Notes: generated by a model from the letters alone, not told the origin. 64,000 nt of DNA from Candidatus Latescibacterota bacterium (GCA_965248265.1 CBDFJF010000002.1:416001-480000), one strand, 5' to 3'. Shown: positions 1 through 10,213, counted from the stretch's first letter. Program-made: numbers and translations.

Positions 1-656
1 TGGATCGTCTCGGTGGCCGTGACGTCTATAGCAGCAGCAAGGCCTGTTCGGAGTTAGTCACGGCGGCCTATCGAACATCGTTTCTCAACGGGGCCAAAGA
101 TGGCGCGGCCGTGGCTTCTGCACGGGCGGGAAACGTGATCGGCGGCGGCGATTGGTCCCCGGATCGGCTCGTGCCCGACACCATTCGATCCCTGTTGCGG
201 GGAGAAGCGGTAGTCTTGCGCTACCCAGCCGCGGTGCGACCCTGGCAGCATGTTCTGGAACCCCTGTCGGGCTATCTCCTGCTTGGAAGCCTCCTGATGC
301 AAGAGACAGAGCAGGGAGCCGCGAGCGAGACCAGTGTCGCGGAGGCGTGGAATTTTGGCCCCGATTCGGTGGATTCGATTACCGTCGAGGAACTCACTCA
401 ACGCCTGATTGAGCTGTGGGGTGAGGGATCGGTGATGGCGAAGCCAGACGAGAGCGCATGTCACGAGGCCGGCCAGCTGAGGCTGGACTGCTCCAAGGCC
501 AGGGAACGGCTTGGTTGGTATCCCCTCACGGACGTCGCAGAAGCTCTTACCCTGACCGTCGACTGGTATCGCAAGCAATCAGAGAATGAAACAGTGGCTC
601 GCGAACTGACAGAGCAACAGATACGAGACTATGTGGCTAGGAGGGCTGTGCAGTGA
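1..656 (+). CDS. rfbG: CDP-glucose 4,6-dehydratase (5' end outside the window)
   Basis: The frame is open from base 3: DRLGGRDVYSSSKACSE (YxxSK), ARAGNVIGGGDW, RPWQHVLEPLSGY and WNFGP are RfbG motifs; it sits with rfbF and rfbH. Confidence 0.93.
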   Translation, partial: DRLGGRDVYSSSKACSELVTAAYRTSFLNGAKDGAAVASARAGNVIGGGDWSPDRLVPDTIRSLLRGEAVVLRYPAAVRPWQHVLEPLSGYLLLGSLLMQETEQGAASETSVAEAWNFGPDSVDSITVEELTQRLIELWGEGSVMAKPDESACHEAGQLRLDCSKARERLGWYPLTDVAEALTLTVDWYRKQSENETVARELTEQQIRDYVARRAVQ

Positions 657-1594
657 GATTTGACGGCCCCGTCGTTGTCACCGGTGCAAGCGGATTCATC
701 GGCGGTGCCTTAGCTATGAGGCTTCTTGATGAGCAAGCGGATGTTTACTGTTTGCTGCGCCCAACGGGATTGGGGTCGGCGCGCGCGCGCGGAATACCGG
801 CCGACAGGATGATCGAGCTGTCGACGTTCGAACACTCGGACCTTGCTCCCGTCATGGAATCTCTGCAGCCGGCCTACGTCCTGCATCTGGCAGCCAGTGG
901 CGTCGATCCCCGATGCCTCGATCCCGAGGTCATTCTCGCAGGCAATGTGGATCTGGTGACCCAACTGCTGCTCGCCGTCCGTGCCTGTCCCGTCAAAAGG
1001 TTCATTCACACGGGCAGCTGCTTTGAGTACGCGATGCAGGCCTGTCCGGAGCGCCTGACAGAAGAGAGTCCGATCGCCCCTGAGACGCTATACGGAGCAG
1101 CCAAAGCAGCGTCTGTCCTGTGCGGCAACGCGCTCGCCAGGCAACTCGACAGTCCCTTCACCACCCTGCGCCTTTTCGGTGTTTTTGGTCCTGGAGAAGC
1201 GCCGGAGCGTTTGCTTCCCTACTTGATCGACCATCTTGTGGGTGGTCGCTCGGTGGATCTTACAGAAGGAGAACAGATCCGTGATCTGCTCTATGTCGAT
1301 GATGTCGTAGAGGCGTACCTGGCGTCAGTGGTCAGTCCTGATCTTGTCCCTTACCGGGTCTACAATGTCTGCTCAGGACGTGGCACGCGGGTCAAAGACC
1401 TGGCCCTGGCCGTAGCCCGATCCCTGGACAGGCCCCCGGCCCTGCTGGGCTTCGGAAAACGTCCTTACCGTGCAGAGGAATGCATGCGAATTCTCGGAGA
1501 CAACGCACGCTTCCTTCGAGACACGCAGTGGAAACCACGGACCAGCTTGCAAGATGGGATCAGTCGAACGATTGAAGCGGAGATGGCAAAGTGA
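653..1594 (+). CDS. NAD-dependent epimerase/4-keto reductase (CDP-abequose/paratose synthase-like extended SDR)
   Basis: TGASGFIG Rossmann motif, GSCFEY, YGAAK and RDLLYVDD; GTGA overlap with rfbG. Confidence 0.8.
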   Translation: MRFDGPVVVTGASGFIGGALAMRLLDEQADVYCLLRPTGLGSARARGIPADRMIELSTFEHSDLAPVMESLQPAYVLHLAASGVDPRCLDPEVILAGNVDLVTQLLLAVRACPVKRFIHTGSCFEYAMQACPERLTEESPIAPETLYGAAKAASVLCGNALARQLDSPFTTLRLFGVFGPGEAPERLLPYLIDHLVGGRSVDLTEGEQIRDLLYVDDVVEAYLASVVSPDLVPYRVYNVCSGRGTRVKDLALAVARSLDRPPALLGFGKRPYRAEECMRILGDNARFLRDTQWKPRTSLQDGISRTIEAEMAK

Positions 1595-2592
1595 CCACGA
1601 CGAGACCACTCATCTCGCTGGTAATCCCGGTGTACAACGAGGAAGACAGCGTCGAAACCGCTTACCACGCCTTGTGTGAGGTAATGCAGAAGATCGAGTC
1701 GCGATACGACTACGAGTTTGTCTTCACCGACAATCACAGTTCCGATCGCACCTTCGAGATTCTCAGACGATTGGCTGAACAAGATGTGCGAATACGCGTA
1801 TTCCGCTTCTCGCGCAATTTCGGCTATCAGCGCTCCATCAAGACAGGGTTCTTGAAAGCACGTGGCGCGGTGGCCATCCAGATAGACTGCGACCTGCAGG
1901 ACCCTCCGGAAATGATTCCCGATTTCATTCGCCACTGGGAGGAGGGCTGTCACGTCGTGTACGGCGTTCGCGAAAGCCGCAAGGAGTCGCTGGTCATTAC
2001 CTCTATTCGGCGAATTTTCTATCGGCTCATCAACTCGCTCAGCGATGACGAACTGCCTCCCGACGCGGGAGACTTTCGACTGATTGACCGGCGCATTCTG
2101 GAGGAGTTATCCAGAATCGATGACTCCCAGCCCTACCTGCGTGGCGCTATCGCGGCTATGGGTTTCCGGCAAAAAGGCATTCCCTACGAACGACATGCCA
2201 GGACACGGGGGGTCAGTAAGTTCTCCTTTTGGGATCTTGTCCGTCTGGGTCTGGACGGTGTCCTGAACCATTCCATCGTGCCGCTGCGCATCGCCTCCCT
2301 ATGCGGCGTCATCGTCACGGCGATTGTCTTCCTGGCGGCCGCTGGTTACATCGGAGGGCGAGTTCTGTTCGGCACCAACTGGCCGGCTGGATTCGCCACC
2401 CTCGCAGTGCTGACGCTAGCGGGCATCAGCCTGAACGCTTTCTTTCTTGGCATAATCGGCGAGTACCTGGGCAGGATTTATTTGCAGGTCAGAGCGCGTC
2501 CATTGACGATAATAGAACAAACGATTGAACCGCAGTTTCAAACCCAAGAGTGCAGTCAAAAAGAAAATGTGGCCAGAGAGGTTAGTCCATGA
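1591..2592 (+). CDS. GT2 polyprenyl-phosphate glycosyltransferase (GtrB/ArnC-like)
   Basis: IPVYNEE, FSRNFG, IDCDLQDPPE, GDFRLIDR, two C-terminal TM helices and the GIIGEYLGRIY..RP tail. Confidence 0.9.
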   Translation: MTTTRPLISLVIPVYNEEDSVETAYHALCEVMQKIESRYDYEFVFTDNHSSDRTFEILRRLAEQDVRIRVFRFSRNFGYQRSIKTGFLKARGAVAIQIDCDLQDPPEMIPDFIRHWEEGCHVVYGVRESRKESLVITSIRRIFYRLINSLSDDELPPDAGDFRLIDRRILEELSRIDDSQPYLRGAIAAMGFRQKGIPYERHARTRGVSKFSFWDLVRLGLDGVLNHSIVPLRIASLCGVIVTAIVFLAAAGYIGGRVLFGTNWPAGFATLAVLTLAGISLNAFFLGIIGEYLGRIYLQVRARPLTIIEQTIEPQFQTQECSQKENVAREVSP

Positions 2593-4106
2593 AAATCGCC
2601 CTGGTACGAGTTCCCACGATCATCGACGCTTCCGCGTCCACGGCGCCGGTGTGTCCACCTATCGGTATGGCGTACCTCCATACGATCTGCCTCAAACACA
2701 CATCTGACGTCAAGGTCATCGATTCCATCGGCAACTACCCTGGCACCAGAGCGGTCACGGGAGCCCATCATGATTTTCATCTGTTGGGACAGAAGAAGGA
2801 TGAGATCGCTGGAGAGATCGAGCCGGATACAGATATCGTCCTGGTCTCAGTCATGTTTTCTCAGGATTGGCCCTACACCAAAGAGCTGCTCACGGAGATA
2901 CGCAATCGGGTTCCCGCAGCCAAGGTGGTCGCTGGCGGCGAGCACGTCACCGGTGTTCCCGAATTCAGCCTCAGAAGCGCGCCCGAAATCGATCTCATCG
3001 TCCTGGGTGAAGGAGAGGACTGTCTCGACAGTATTCTCAGTTTCTACAGCGAATCGGGAGAGCTCCCCCGAGACGAGCCAGGTACCGCTTTCATGGTGGA
3101 TGGGGAGTTCGTCGGTCAATTGAGAAGGCCAAGGATCAAGGAACTCGATGCGATCGAGCGCCCGACCTGGGAGGGATTTCCCCTGGCGAATTACCTCGAC
3201 AACGGCCATGGATTTGGAGCCACCGGTGGCGGCCGCTCCATGCCCATCCTGGCCTCGCGCGGGTGTCCGTATCAGTGCACCTTTTGCTCAAACCCACTGA
3301 TGTGGACGACGGCATGGAAATGCCGGGATCCGCAGGATGTAGTCGATGAAATGGAAGGGTATATTCGAGACTATCAAGTCGACAACTTTGATTTCTACGA
3401 CCTCACAGCGATCGTCCGCAAGGATTGGATCGTCGATTTCACCAAGCTGCTGATCGAGAGAGATCTCGGAATTACCTGGCAGTTGCCCAGCGGTACTCGG
3501 TCAGAAGCCATCGACGGCGAGGTGGCACCACTGCTATACGAGTCGGGGTGCAGGAATCTTTCCTATGCTCCCGAATCGGGCTCCCCGGAAGTTCTGAAGA
3601 TGATCAAGAAGAAGGTCGACCTGGACCGGATGCTGGAGTCCATGAAGTGCTGTTCGACAAACAGAATGTCCGTCAAGGTCAACCTTATCAGCGGCTTTCC
3701 CAAAGAGAAACTTCAGCATCTCCCCGCGACCTTGAAATTCATCTGCAAGATGGCCTGGGTGGGATGCGATGACATGTCAATCAACCAGTTCTCTCCGTAC
3801 CCGGGCAGCGAACTGTTTGACGACCTTGTCGAGGCCGAGCGAGTGTTCCTGGACGAAGAATACTTTCGAGCACTTTCATTCTACAGTTCGATGACGAACG
3901 CCCAATCGTTCAGTGAGGGTCTTTCGAGCAAACAGATACTCGCATACAAATTCTTCGGAACAGCTCTTTTCTACTTCCTCAACTTTCTCTTCCATCCCTC
4001 CAGGGTGTTTCGAACGATCATTAACGTGTGGAAGAAAAACGATACTACACGATTGGAAAAAGCCCTCATCGCCTATCTCGCGCGGGGCAAATACGCCACA
4101 AACTGA
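2589..4106 (+). CDS. Cobalamin-dependent radical SAM protein (class B methyltransferase-like)
   Basis: N-terminal PPIGMAYL...GGEH...GEGE B12-binding domain; SRGCPYQCTFC CxxxCxxC motif; PESGS. Confidence 0.88.
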   Translation: MKIALVRVPTIIDASASTAPVCPPIGMAYLHTICLKHTSDVKVIDSIGNYPGTRAVTGAHHDFHLLGQKKDEIAGEIEPDTDIVLVSVMFSQDWPYTKELLTEIRNRVPAAKVVAGGEHVTGVPEFSLRSAPEIDLIVLGEGEDCLDSILSFYSESGELPRDEPGTAFMVDGEFVGQLRRPRIKELDAIERPTWEGFPLANYLDNGHGFGATGGGRSMPILASRGCPYQCTFCSNPLMWTTAWKCRDPQDVVDEMEGYIRDYQVDNFDFYDLTAIVRKDWIVDFTKLLIERDLGITWQLPSGTRSEAIDGEVAPLLYESGCRNLSYAPESGSPEVLKMIKKKVDLDRMLESMKCCSTNRMSVKVNLISGFPKEKLQHLPATLKFICKMAWVGCDDMSINQFSPYPGSELFDDLVEAERVFLDEEYFRALSFYSSMTNAQSFSEGLSSKQILAYKFFGTALFYFLNFLFHPSRVFRTIINVWKKNDTTRLEKALIAYLARGKYATN

Positions 4107-4196
4107 CCCCTGTGGATGGGTGCCTGTGAGCGGGCATCTGGCACCCGGCACTCGCGCACGGAAACATTCCCGCGACTCAGGCTCACGGAAAAGAAT

Positions 4197-4976
4197 ATGA
4201 AATCAGTCATTCTAGCAGGCGGTTATGGCACGCGCTTGTCAGAGGAGACCACGTCGATTCCCAAGCCGATGGTTGAGATCGGCGGTTGGCCGATACTCTG
4301 GCATATCATGAGCATTTTCGCCACCTACGGACACAAGGAATTCATCGTTGCATGTGGCTACAAGCAGGGGATCATCAAGGAGTTTTTCCACCATCTCTAT
4401 CTTCATCGCAGCGATATGGTAATAGATCTGCGGACCAACTCGAGCGAGACAACGGACGCTCGTAGCCCGGACTGGCGTGTCGGTTTATTCGACACGGGTC
4501 TGGATACAAAGACAGGTGGCCGGATCCTCCGATTGAAGGAGCACCTGGACCAGGAAACCTTCATGGTCACCTACGGCGACGGATTGAGCGATATCGACAT
4601 ATCGAAGCTCGTCACGTTCCATCGTGGCCACGGGAAAATCGCTACGCTGACAGCCGTCCGCCCGCCCGCTCGCTTCGGCGCCTTGTACCTGGATGGCGAT
4701 CAGGTCGCCGGTTTTTCCGAGAAGGCGCAAGCAAACGAAGGCTGGATCAACGGTGGTTTCATGGTTCTGGAGCCGGCCGTGTTCGACTATCTGACGGGGG
4801 ACTCCTGTGTCCTGGAGCGCGATCCCCTTGAACAGTTGGCAACCGATGGGCAACTCATGGCATACCAGCACGGCGACTTCTGGCAGCCGATGGATACGCT
4901 TCGCGACAAGCATCTACTGGAGGAGCTTTGGGAATCTGGCATGGCGCCCTGGAAGGCTGTGGAAGGGAGATACTGA
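4197..4976 (+). CDS. rfbF: Glucose-1-phosphate cytidylyltransferase
   Basis: MKSVILAGGYGTRLSEET..PKPMVEIGG, TGGR, TYGDG, INGGF and FWQPMDTLRDK; start moved to the ATG at 4197. Confidence 0.95.
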   Translation: MKSVILAGGYGTRLSEETTSIPKPMVEIGGWPILWHIMSIFATYGHKEFIVACGYKQGIIKEFFHHLYLHRSDMVIDLRTNSSETTDARSPDWRVGLFDTGLDTKTGGRILRLKEHLDQETFMVTYGDGLSDIDISKLVTFHRGHGKIATLTAVRPPARFGALYLDGDQVAGFSEKAQANEGWINGGFMVLEPAVFDYLTGDSCVLERDPLEQLATDGQLMAYQHGDFWQPMDTLRDKHLLEELWESGMAPWKAVEGRY

Positions 4977-6296
4977 ATGGACGTTCTGGAACAGAAGCGA
5001 CGGGAGATCGCAGAGCTTGTCAGGGCGTATCATTCCGCCGCGTTTCCGAGCACTGAGTTTGTGCCGGGAGAAACGCCGGTTCGTTATGCAGGTCGAGTGT
5101 TTGACCGCGAGGAATTGACCCATGCCGTTGATGCGGTCCTGGACTTCTGGCTAACCGCTGGTCGTTTCTCCGAAAGCTTCGAAGCCGATCTGGCGAATCT
5201 ACTGGATATCGACACCGCCCTTCTGGTGAACTCGGGTTCTTCCGCCAATCTCGTAGCTGTATCCTCCCTCACATCTGCTTCCCTCGGCGCCCGCCGGATC
5301 TGCCCCGGGGATGAAGTGATCACGGTAGCGGCAGGATTTCCGACTACGGTCAATCCAATTGTACAGAACGGGGCGACTCCCGTATTCGTGGACGTCGAAT
5401 TGGGCACTTATGTACCCACCTTCGAAGCGATCTCGGCAGCCGTAACTGCCCGCACCAAGGCCGTGATACTTGCCCATACGATGGGCGTGCCCTTCGAAGT
5501 GTCCGCCGTGAGCGAGTTTTGCCGCGAGCGTGGCATCTGGCTCATCGAAGATTGTTGCGATGCGCTTGGCGGCAAGGCTGATGGGCAATACCTGGGTACG
5601 TTCGGAGACATCGCGACGATATCGTTCTACCCCGCGCACCAGATAACGATGGGAGAGGGTGGGGCCGTTCTGACCAATGACGATCAGCTTGCCCGCATCG
5701 CCAGTTCGTTCCGCGACTGGGGGCGCGACTGCTACTGCAGTGGGGGAGAGAGCAATACCTGCGGCATGCGATTCAGCCAGCAGTTTGGCACGCTGCCCCC
5801 GGGTTACGACCACAAGTACGTGTATTCGCACATCGGCTATAACTTGAAAGTGACCGATATCCAGGCGGCTATCGGGTGCGCTCAACTGAAGAAACTCCCT
5901 GACTTCGTCGCCACTCGACGTCGCAACTGGACGGCGATGGGAGAGGCTATAGCGCCCTTCTCCAACCACCTGATTCTGCCCACAACGCCGGCGCGGAGCG
6001 AGCCGTGTTATTTCGGCTATGTCATCACCGTGGCTGATAACGCCCCGTTCACACGCAACCAGCTGACTGCGTGTCTCGAAGATGCGAGGATCGAGACGCG
6101 GAATCTCTTTTGCGGCAACATCACTCGCCAACCCGCCTATACCGAGGTAGAGTACCGGGTCGAAGGGAAACTGGAGAACACGGACAGGGTAATGAACAAC
6201 ACATTCTTCATCGGTGTGTATCCCGGAATCGGGGATTCGCAGATCCAGTACACCGCCAGTGTTTTTGAGAAGTTCATGGGAGAGCATGCCAGCTGA
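4977..6296 (+). CDS. rfbH: CDP-4-keto-6-deoxy-D-glucose 3-dehydrase (E1)
   Basis: NSGSSANL, AGFPTT, SFYPAHQITMGEGG (His in place of the PLP Lys), Fe-S motif RDWGRDCYC..C and YDHKY. Confidence 0.95.
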   Translation: MDVLEQKRREIAELVRAYHSAAFPSTEFVPGETPVRYAGRVFDREELTHAVDAVLDFWLTAGRFSESFEADLANLLDIDTALLVNSGSSANLVAVSSLTSASLGARRICPGDEVITVAAGFPTTVNPIVQNGATPVFVDVELGTYVPTFEAISAAVTARTKAVILAHTMGVPFEVSAVSEFCRERGIWLIEDCCDALGGKADGQYLGTFGDIATISFYPAHQITMGEGGAVLTNDDQLARIASSFRDWGRDCYCSGGESNTCGMRFSQQFGTLPPGYDHKYVYSHIGYNLKVTDIQAAIGCAQLKKLPDFVATRRRNWTAMGEAIAPFSNHLILPTTPARSEPCYFGYVITVADNAPFTRNQLTACLEDARIETRNLFCGNITRQPAYTEVEYRVEGKLENTDRVMNNTFFIGVYPGIGDSQIQYTASVFEKFMGEHAS

Positions 6297-7018
6297 TGGC
6301 TACACCTGTGAGGTTCCAGGCTGCAGTCGCTCGAATTCTCCGTCACAGTGACGACGATGTCACCTACGAATTTCGATACTTGGGGAACCGGCCACGATAC
6401 AGACCAGGCCAATTCCTGCACCTTGCCCTCGATCCCTACGATCCTTCAAAGCACTGGCCGGAGTCACGGGCATTCACGATCGCCAACGGAACCACAGATC
6501 GTGAGATCATCCGTCTGACGATCGCAGCCAAGGGTACCTTTACCCGGCGAATTATCGGCGAACTCCAGGTCGGCGATGAAGTCTGGATGAAGGCCCCATA
6601 CGGTACATTCATCGTCAAGACAGCGACAGAAACCGAAGCGGTTTTGATTGCCGGCGGAACCGGCGTGACACCCTTCGTGGCACTTATGGAAGACGCGCTC
6701 GTGGAAGGGCTTGAGGGTTCCGTAACTCTGCACTACGGCGCTCGCGTGCCCGAGCTTCTCGTCTTCAAAAAATTGGCCGATCGGTGCGTGAGTGAACTCC
6801 CCCTGTTTCGCGCATGCTACTACACCGAGTTCGGTTCCGCCGACGGTGTCACTGCGGGGCGCGTGGATTTGGATACTATCTGCTCCGGAGTAGCCGACAT
6901 CGCACGGTCTGTATTCTATCTCTGCGGTCCGGCGGAGATGGTAATGGCTTTCTCGGGGCGCCTTCAGGGCGATTTTGGCGTTTTACCCGAGTGCATACGG
7001 ATCGATGAGTGGGGCTAG
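6296..7018 (+). CDS. FAD/NAD(P)-binding ferredoxin-reductase-type oxidoreductase (probable E3 partner)
   Basis: PGQF, RAFTI, PYGTF, IAGGTGVTPF and YLCGP; 1-bp overlap with rfbH. Confidence 0.8.
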   Translation: MATPVRFQAAVARILRHSDDDVTYEFRYLGNRPRYRPGQFLHLALDPYDPSKHWPESRAFTIANGTTDREIIRLTIAAKGTFTRRIIGELQVGDEVWMKAPYGTFIVKTATETEAVLIAGGTGVTPFVALMEDALVEGLEGSVTLHYGARVPELLVFKKLADRCVSELPLFRACYYTEFGSADGVTAGRVDLDTICSGVADIARSVFYLCGPAEMVMAFSGRLQGDFGVLPECIRIDEWG

Positions 7019-7088
7019 CCTATCCGCTGACACCGAGGCGGCTGGGGAATGTCGGTGAGGCCACTAGTGCTCTGTTAAGAAATCGAGC

Positions 7089-7117
7089 TTGTACTTTGTC
7101 GTAAGTCGTGGTATCAT
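7089..7117 (+). promoter_or_regulatory. sigma70 promoter of the IS630 transposase
   Basis: TTGTAC-17 bp-TATCAT with an extended -10 TG; GGAGGG RBS ahead of the ATG at 7154. Confidence 0.6.
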
Positions 7118-7153
7118 GGATACATATGGTGAATCCTTCAGGAGGGTCATGCT

Positions 7154-8199
7154 ATGTGTCTCCATGCTCGTTCGCCGAACGCGGCGGAGTCTAAGGAACT
7201 GGGACGGTGGCTGAAACGGCCTCGCAACGCCGTGCAGATGCGCCGTGGGCAGTTGATCTCGTTCAGCGCCCAGGAGATCTCGGATACACTGCATCTGCAT
7301 GAGGAGTACGTTCGCCAGTTGATCCGCCAGTACAACGAAGGGGGATTGACGGTTTTGCGCACTCGGGCACGTCCGGGGCGTCCTTCGAAGTTGACGCCGG
7401 AGGACGAATCCGTGGTGGTGGAAATTGCCACGATGCCCCCCCGTGCATTCGGCCAGCCGTTCAACCAGTGGTCGTTGCGCAAGCTGACCGACTGCCTGGT
7501 GGGACGGCAGATGATTCCCGAGGTTTCGCATGTGACCATCGGAAAAATCCTGGATCAACATAAGGTTACCTATCAACGGACGCGCACCTGGAAAGAATCA
7601 AAGGACCCGGAGTTTGTCTCTAAAAAAAACGCATCAACCGACTCTACAAGCGGGCGCCGAAAGACACGGTCGTAGTCTGTTTCGACGAACTGGGACCAGT
7701 CCAGATCAAGCCGCATGCCGGTGCTTCCTGGGCCCCACACAAGCGCCCGGTCCGGCATCGGGCAACCTATAGCCGCCACGGCGGCGTCAGCTATTTCTTT
7801 GGAGCCTATAACGTCCATGAGGACATCCTGTGGATGCATCACAAACCCAAGAAACATGCGTCGGTCGTACTCGATTTCCTCAAGGCCATTCGGCTCCGCT
7901 ATCGCACGGCGGAGCGGATCTATGTCGTCATGGATAATCTGTCGACGCACAAGACACCGCCGATCCTGCGTTGGTGCCGACGAAACCGGGTCTCGCCGGT
8001 CTTCACCGCCACCAACGCGTCATGGATGAATCGGCTCGAATGTCACCTCACCGCAGCCCATTATTTCGTCATTAAAAACAGCGATCCCAACGATCATCGA
8101 GAAGTCGGCCAGCGCATGCAGGAGTACCTGAGGTGGCGAAACAAGAACACCGACAACGCCAAGCTGGCCAAAGTCCAAAACTCAATGCCCACTCTTTAA
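7154..8199 (+). CDS. IS630 transposase expressed through a -1 frameshift
   Basis: HTH ORF 7154-7675; after the A8 run (7622-7629) the -1 frame reads KKRINRLYKRAPKDTVVVCFDE...MDNLSTHK...SWMNRLE (DDE). Confidence 0.9.
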
Positions 8200-8206
8200 C
8201 AGAGCA

Positions 8207-8983
8207 CTAGCCGTAGGCACCCCTCGGCAGAAAGCCCAACAAACGTCGTCGACGCTCGTCGGCACCCTTGTAGACGTGCTCGGGCATCTGGTAATTCATG
8301 AAGGGATAGTACTTGTGGCCCACCAGCCGACGGGCGTAGCTGATCTGGGTGATGTAACGGGTTCGGTCACTGGTGTTCGGAGCGCCGCGGTGCCATACCT
8401 GGTTGTTGAACATGATGACACTGCCTGCCGGTCCGAGATTCGACACCACCTGATCTTCGTGACCGCTGTGTTCAATCGGATTGGGAGGTCCTGAGCCGAA
8501 CAGGTGGGACCGGGGCACCGTCTGGGTCGGGCCGTGGTCGACGGTATCGACATCGGTCAGATAGTAGTTGCAAGTGAACAGGAGTACAGGCAGGCGCACA
8601 TTGTCCGGCGGCTCCCCGTGGGTGATCTCGAAGTGCGGGGCATCGTCCTGGTGCCAGTTGCTGATGGCCGCCCCGGGCGGCGAGCGGAAGCTGTTGTTGT
8701 GGATTATATGACAATCGGGCGCCACCAGGCGCTCAGCAAAGGTGACGATTGGCTCGACGTCGAAGAGCCTGAGATTGGCGTCGCTGGTTTCGAACATGCG
8801 GTGGTGGATCTGGATTGTCGGCCTGATGTCACAATCGAGGGCGAGATCCAGGTCGTGGCTCAGCTCAGAGCACCAGCCGGGTGGCAGGACGTTGCGAAGA
8901 AAGAGGCAGCCGTCTCGATGGAATTGCTCGACCCAGCTGTCTATGAGCGCGTCGTCGGGGGGTTGGCCAGCGAGGTAGGTCAT
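8207..8983 (-). CDS. PhyH-family Fe(II)/2-oxoglutarate dioxygenase
   Basis: WHQD, GPTQTVPRSH, WHRGAPN..R. Confidence 0.88.
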   Translation of the reverse strand: MTYLAGQPPDDALIDSWVEQFHRDGCLFLRNVLPPGWCSELSHDLDLALDCDIRPTIQIHHRMFETSDANLRLFDVEPIVTFAERLVAPDCHIIHNNSFRSPPGAAISNWHQDDAPHFEITHGEPPDNVRLPVLLFTCNYYLTDVDTVDHGPTQTVPRSHLFGSGPPNPIEHSGHEDQVVSNLGPAGSVIMFNNQVWHRGAPNTSDRTRYITQISYARRLVGHKYYPFMNYQMPEHVYKGADERRRRLLGFLPRGAYG

Positions 8984-9999
8984 GGTGTCGGTGCGGTGTC
9001 GGGCAACAGCTGCTCGGACTTGAGCTCTGCCCAGAGTTCAGCCGGAATGCTCTGCTGCAAGAGCCGCGCGTTGTCCTCGACCTCGGAGACGTTCGAGGCT
9101 CCGGGAATGGTGGTGGAGACAGCCGGATGCGCCGAGACGAACTGCAGCGCCGCCGCCTTTAACTCGACCCCATGGCGGTCGCAGACCGCCTTGATGCTGC
9201 GGGCTTTGTCGACCATCTCGGAAGGAGCCGGCTGGTATTCAAAGCTCACCGGTTGATCGAGATCCCGCGCCAGGATACCGCTGTTGTAGGCCCCACCGAT
9301 CGACAATCTGACGCCGCGCTCTACGCATAATGGCATGAACTTGGGCAGGGCGGACTGGTCCAACAAGGTGTAACGACCTGCCAGCAGGATCAGGTCGAGG
9401 TCGAAGCGCTCAATCATGCGGGCGGTCACCTGCCACTGATTCATGCCCATGCCGATGGCTTTGACGACACCCTGTTCCCGCAGGTCGACGAGGGCTTCCA
9501 AACCCTCGGCAAACTGGTCGTCTGTATGCTGATCGGCGACGTCGCTGTCGTGCAGGTAGAGGATGTCGGCACGGTCCAGCTTGAGTCGTTCGAGGCTGGA
9601 TTCGAGGGTCTGGCGGATGCCGGTGGCGGTGAAGTCGAACTCGTATGTGTACTCAGGTATGCCGTCCATGTCATCAGCGGCCGGGTCTGGTTGGTTCGGA
9701 TCCGCGAGGACGAGGCGGCGTGACACCTTCGTCGACAGGCTGAAGCTGTCACGAGGCAGTTCGCTCAGAACGCGGCCGTAGCGCACCTCACTGCGACCCA
9801 GACCGTACAGGGGAGCAGTATCAAAATGACGGACGCCGAGCTCGTAGGCACGGCGGATGATGCGCAGGCCTTCCTCGGCGTCACTGCCCTGATAGATACC
9901 ATCGGCCAGCACCATGCCGCTCAAGCCGGCACCGCCAAGGCCCAAACGAGTGACGGTGGCGCCGGTACTGCCGATGACGACTGATTCGAATGGGTTCAC
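8980..9999 (-). CDS. Aldo/keto reductase (D-threo-aldose dehydrogenase-like)
   Basis: LGLGGA, FDTAPLYGLGRSE, LSTKV, SLERL, LAGRYTLLDQ; probable GTG start at 9999 after GGAAAG. Confidence 0.88.
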   Translation of the reverse strand: MNPFESVVIGSTGATVTRLGLGGAGLSGMVLADGIYQGSDAEEGLRIIRRAYELGVRHFDTAPLYGLGRSEVRYGRVLSELPRDSFSLSTKVSRRLVLADPNQPDPAADDMDGIPEYTYEFDFTATGIRQTLESSLERLKLDRADILYLHDSDVADQHTDDQFAEGLEALVDLREQGVVKAIGMGMNQWQVTARMIERFDLDLILLAGRYTLLDQSALPKFMPLCVERGVRLSIGGAYNSGILARDLDQPVSFEYQPAPSEMVDKARSIKAVCDRHGVELKAAALQFVSAHPAVSTTIPGASNVSEVEDNARLLQQSIPAELWAELKSEQLLPDTAPTP

Positions 10000-10213
10000 G
10001 TCGTCTTTCCGGTCTAGAAAAGGATGGGGCTCCTCACCACGTTGAAACTCGAAACAGATCATCCTGCGCACAACTTGGCGACGGCAGTGTGTCGCATCGT
10101 GTACCGTTGATGCCGCCGTCCATTCCCGATCCCGATGTGGTGCTGTCGGGGACAGGGGATCTTGTGCATCTTGAGGAGAATGTGGATGCAGTTCTGCCGG
10201 ATTTTCTCGGGAG

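Larger units (their letters stand above)
7064..8210 (+). mobile_element. IS630-family insertion sequence, copy 1
   Basis: Terminal inverted repeats CTAGTGCTCTGTTAA...TTAACAGAGCACTAG at a CTAG target; contains HTH and DDE transposase frames. Confidence 0.95.

Noticed and set aside
4107-4196. Hairpin GGGTGCC/GGCACCC before rfbF as a riboswitch or terminator
   Set aside because: It is a single 7-bp GC stem without a U-tract or recognisable aptamer motif; too weak to call.
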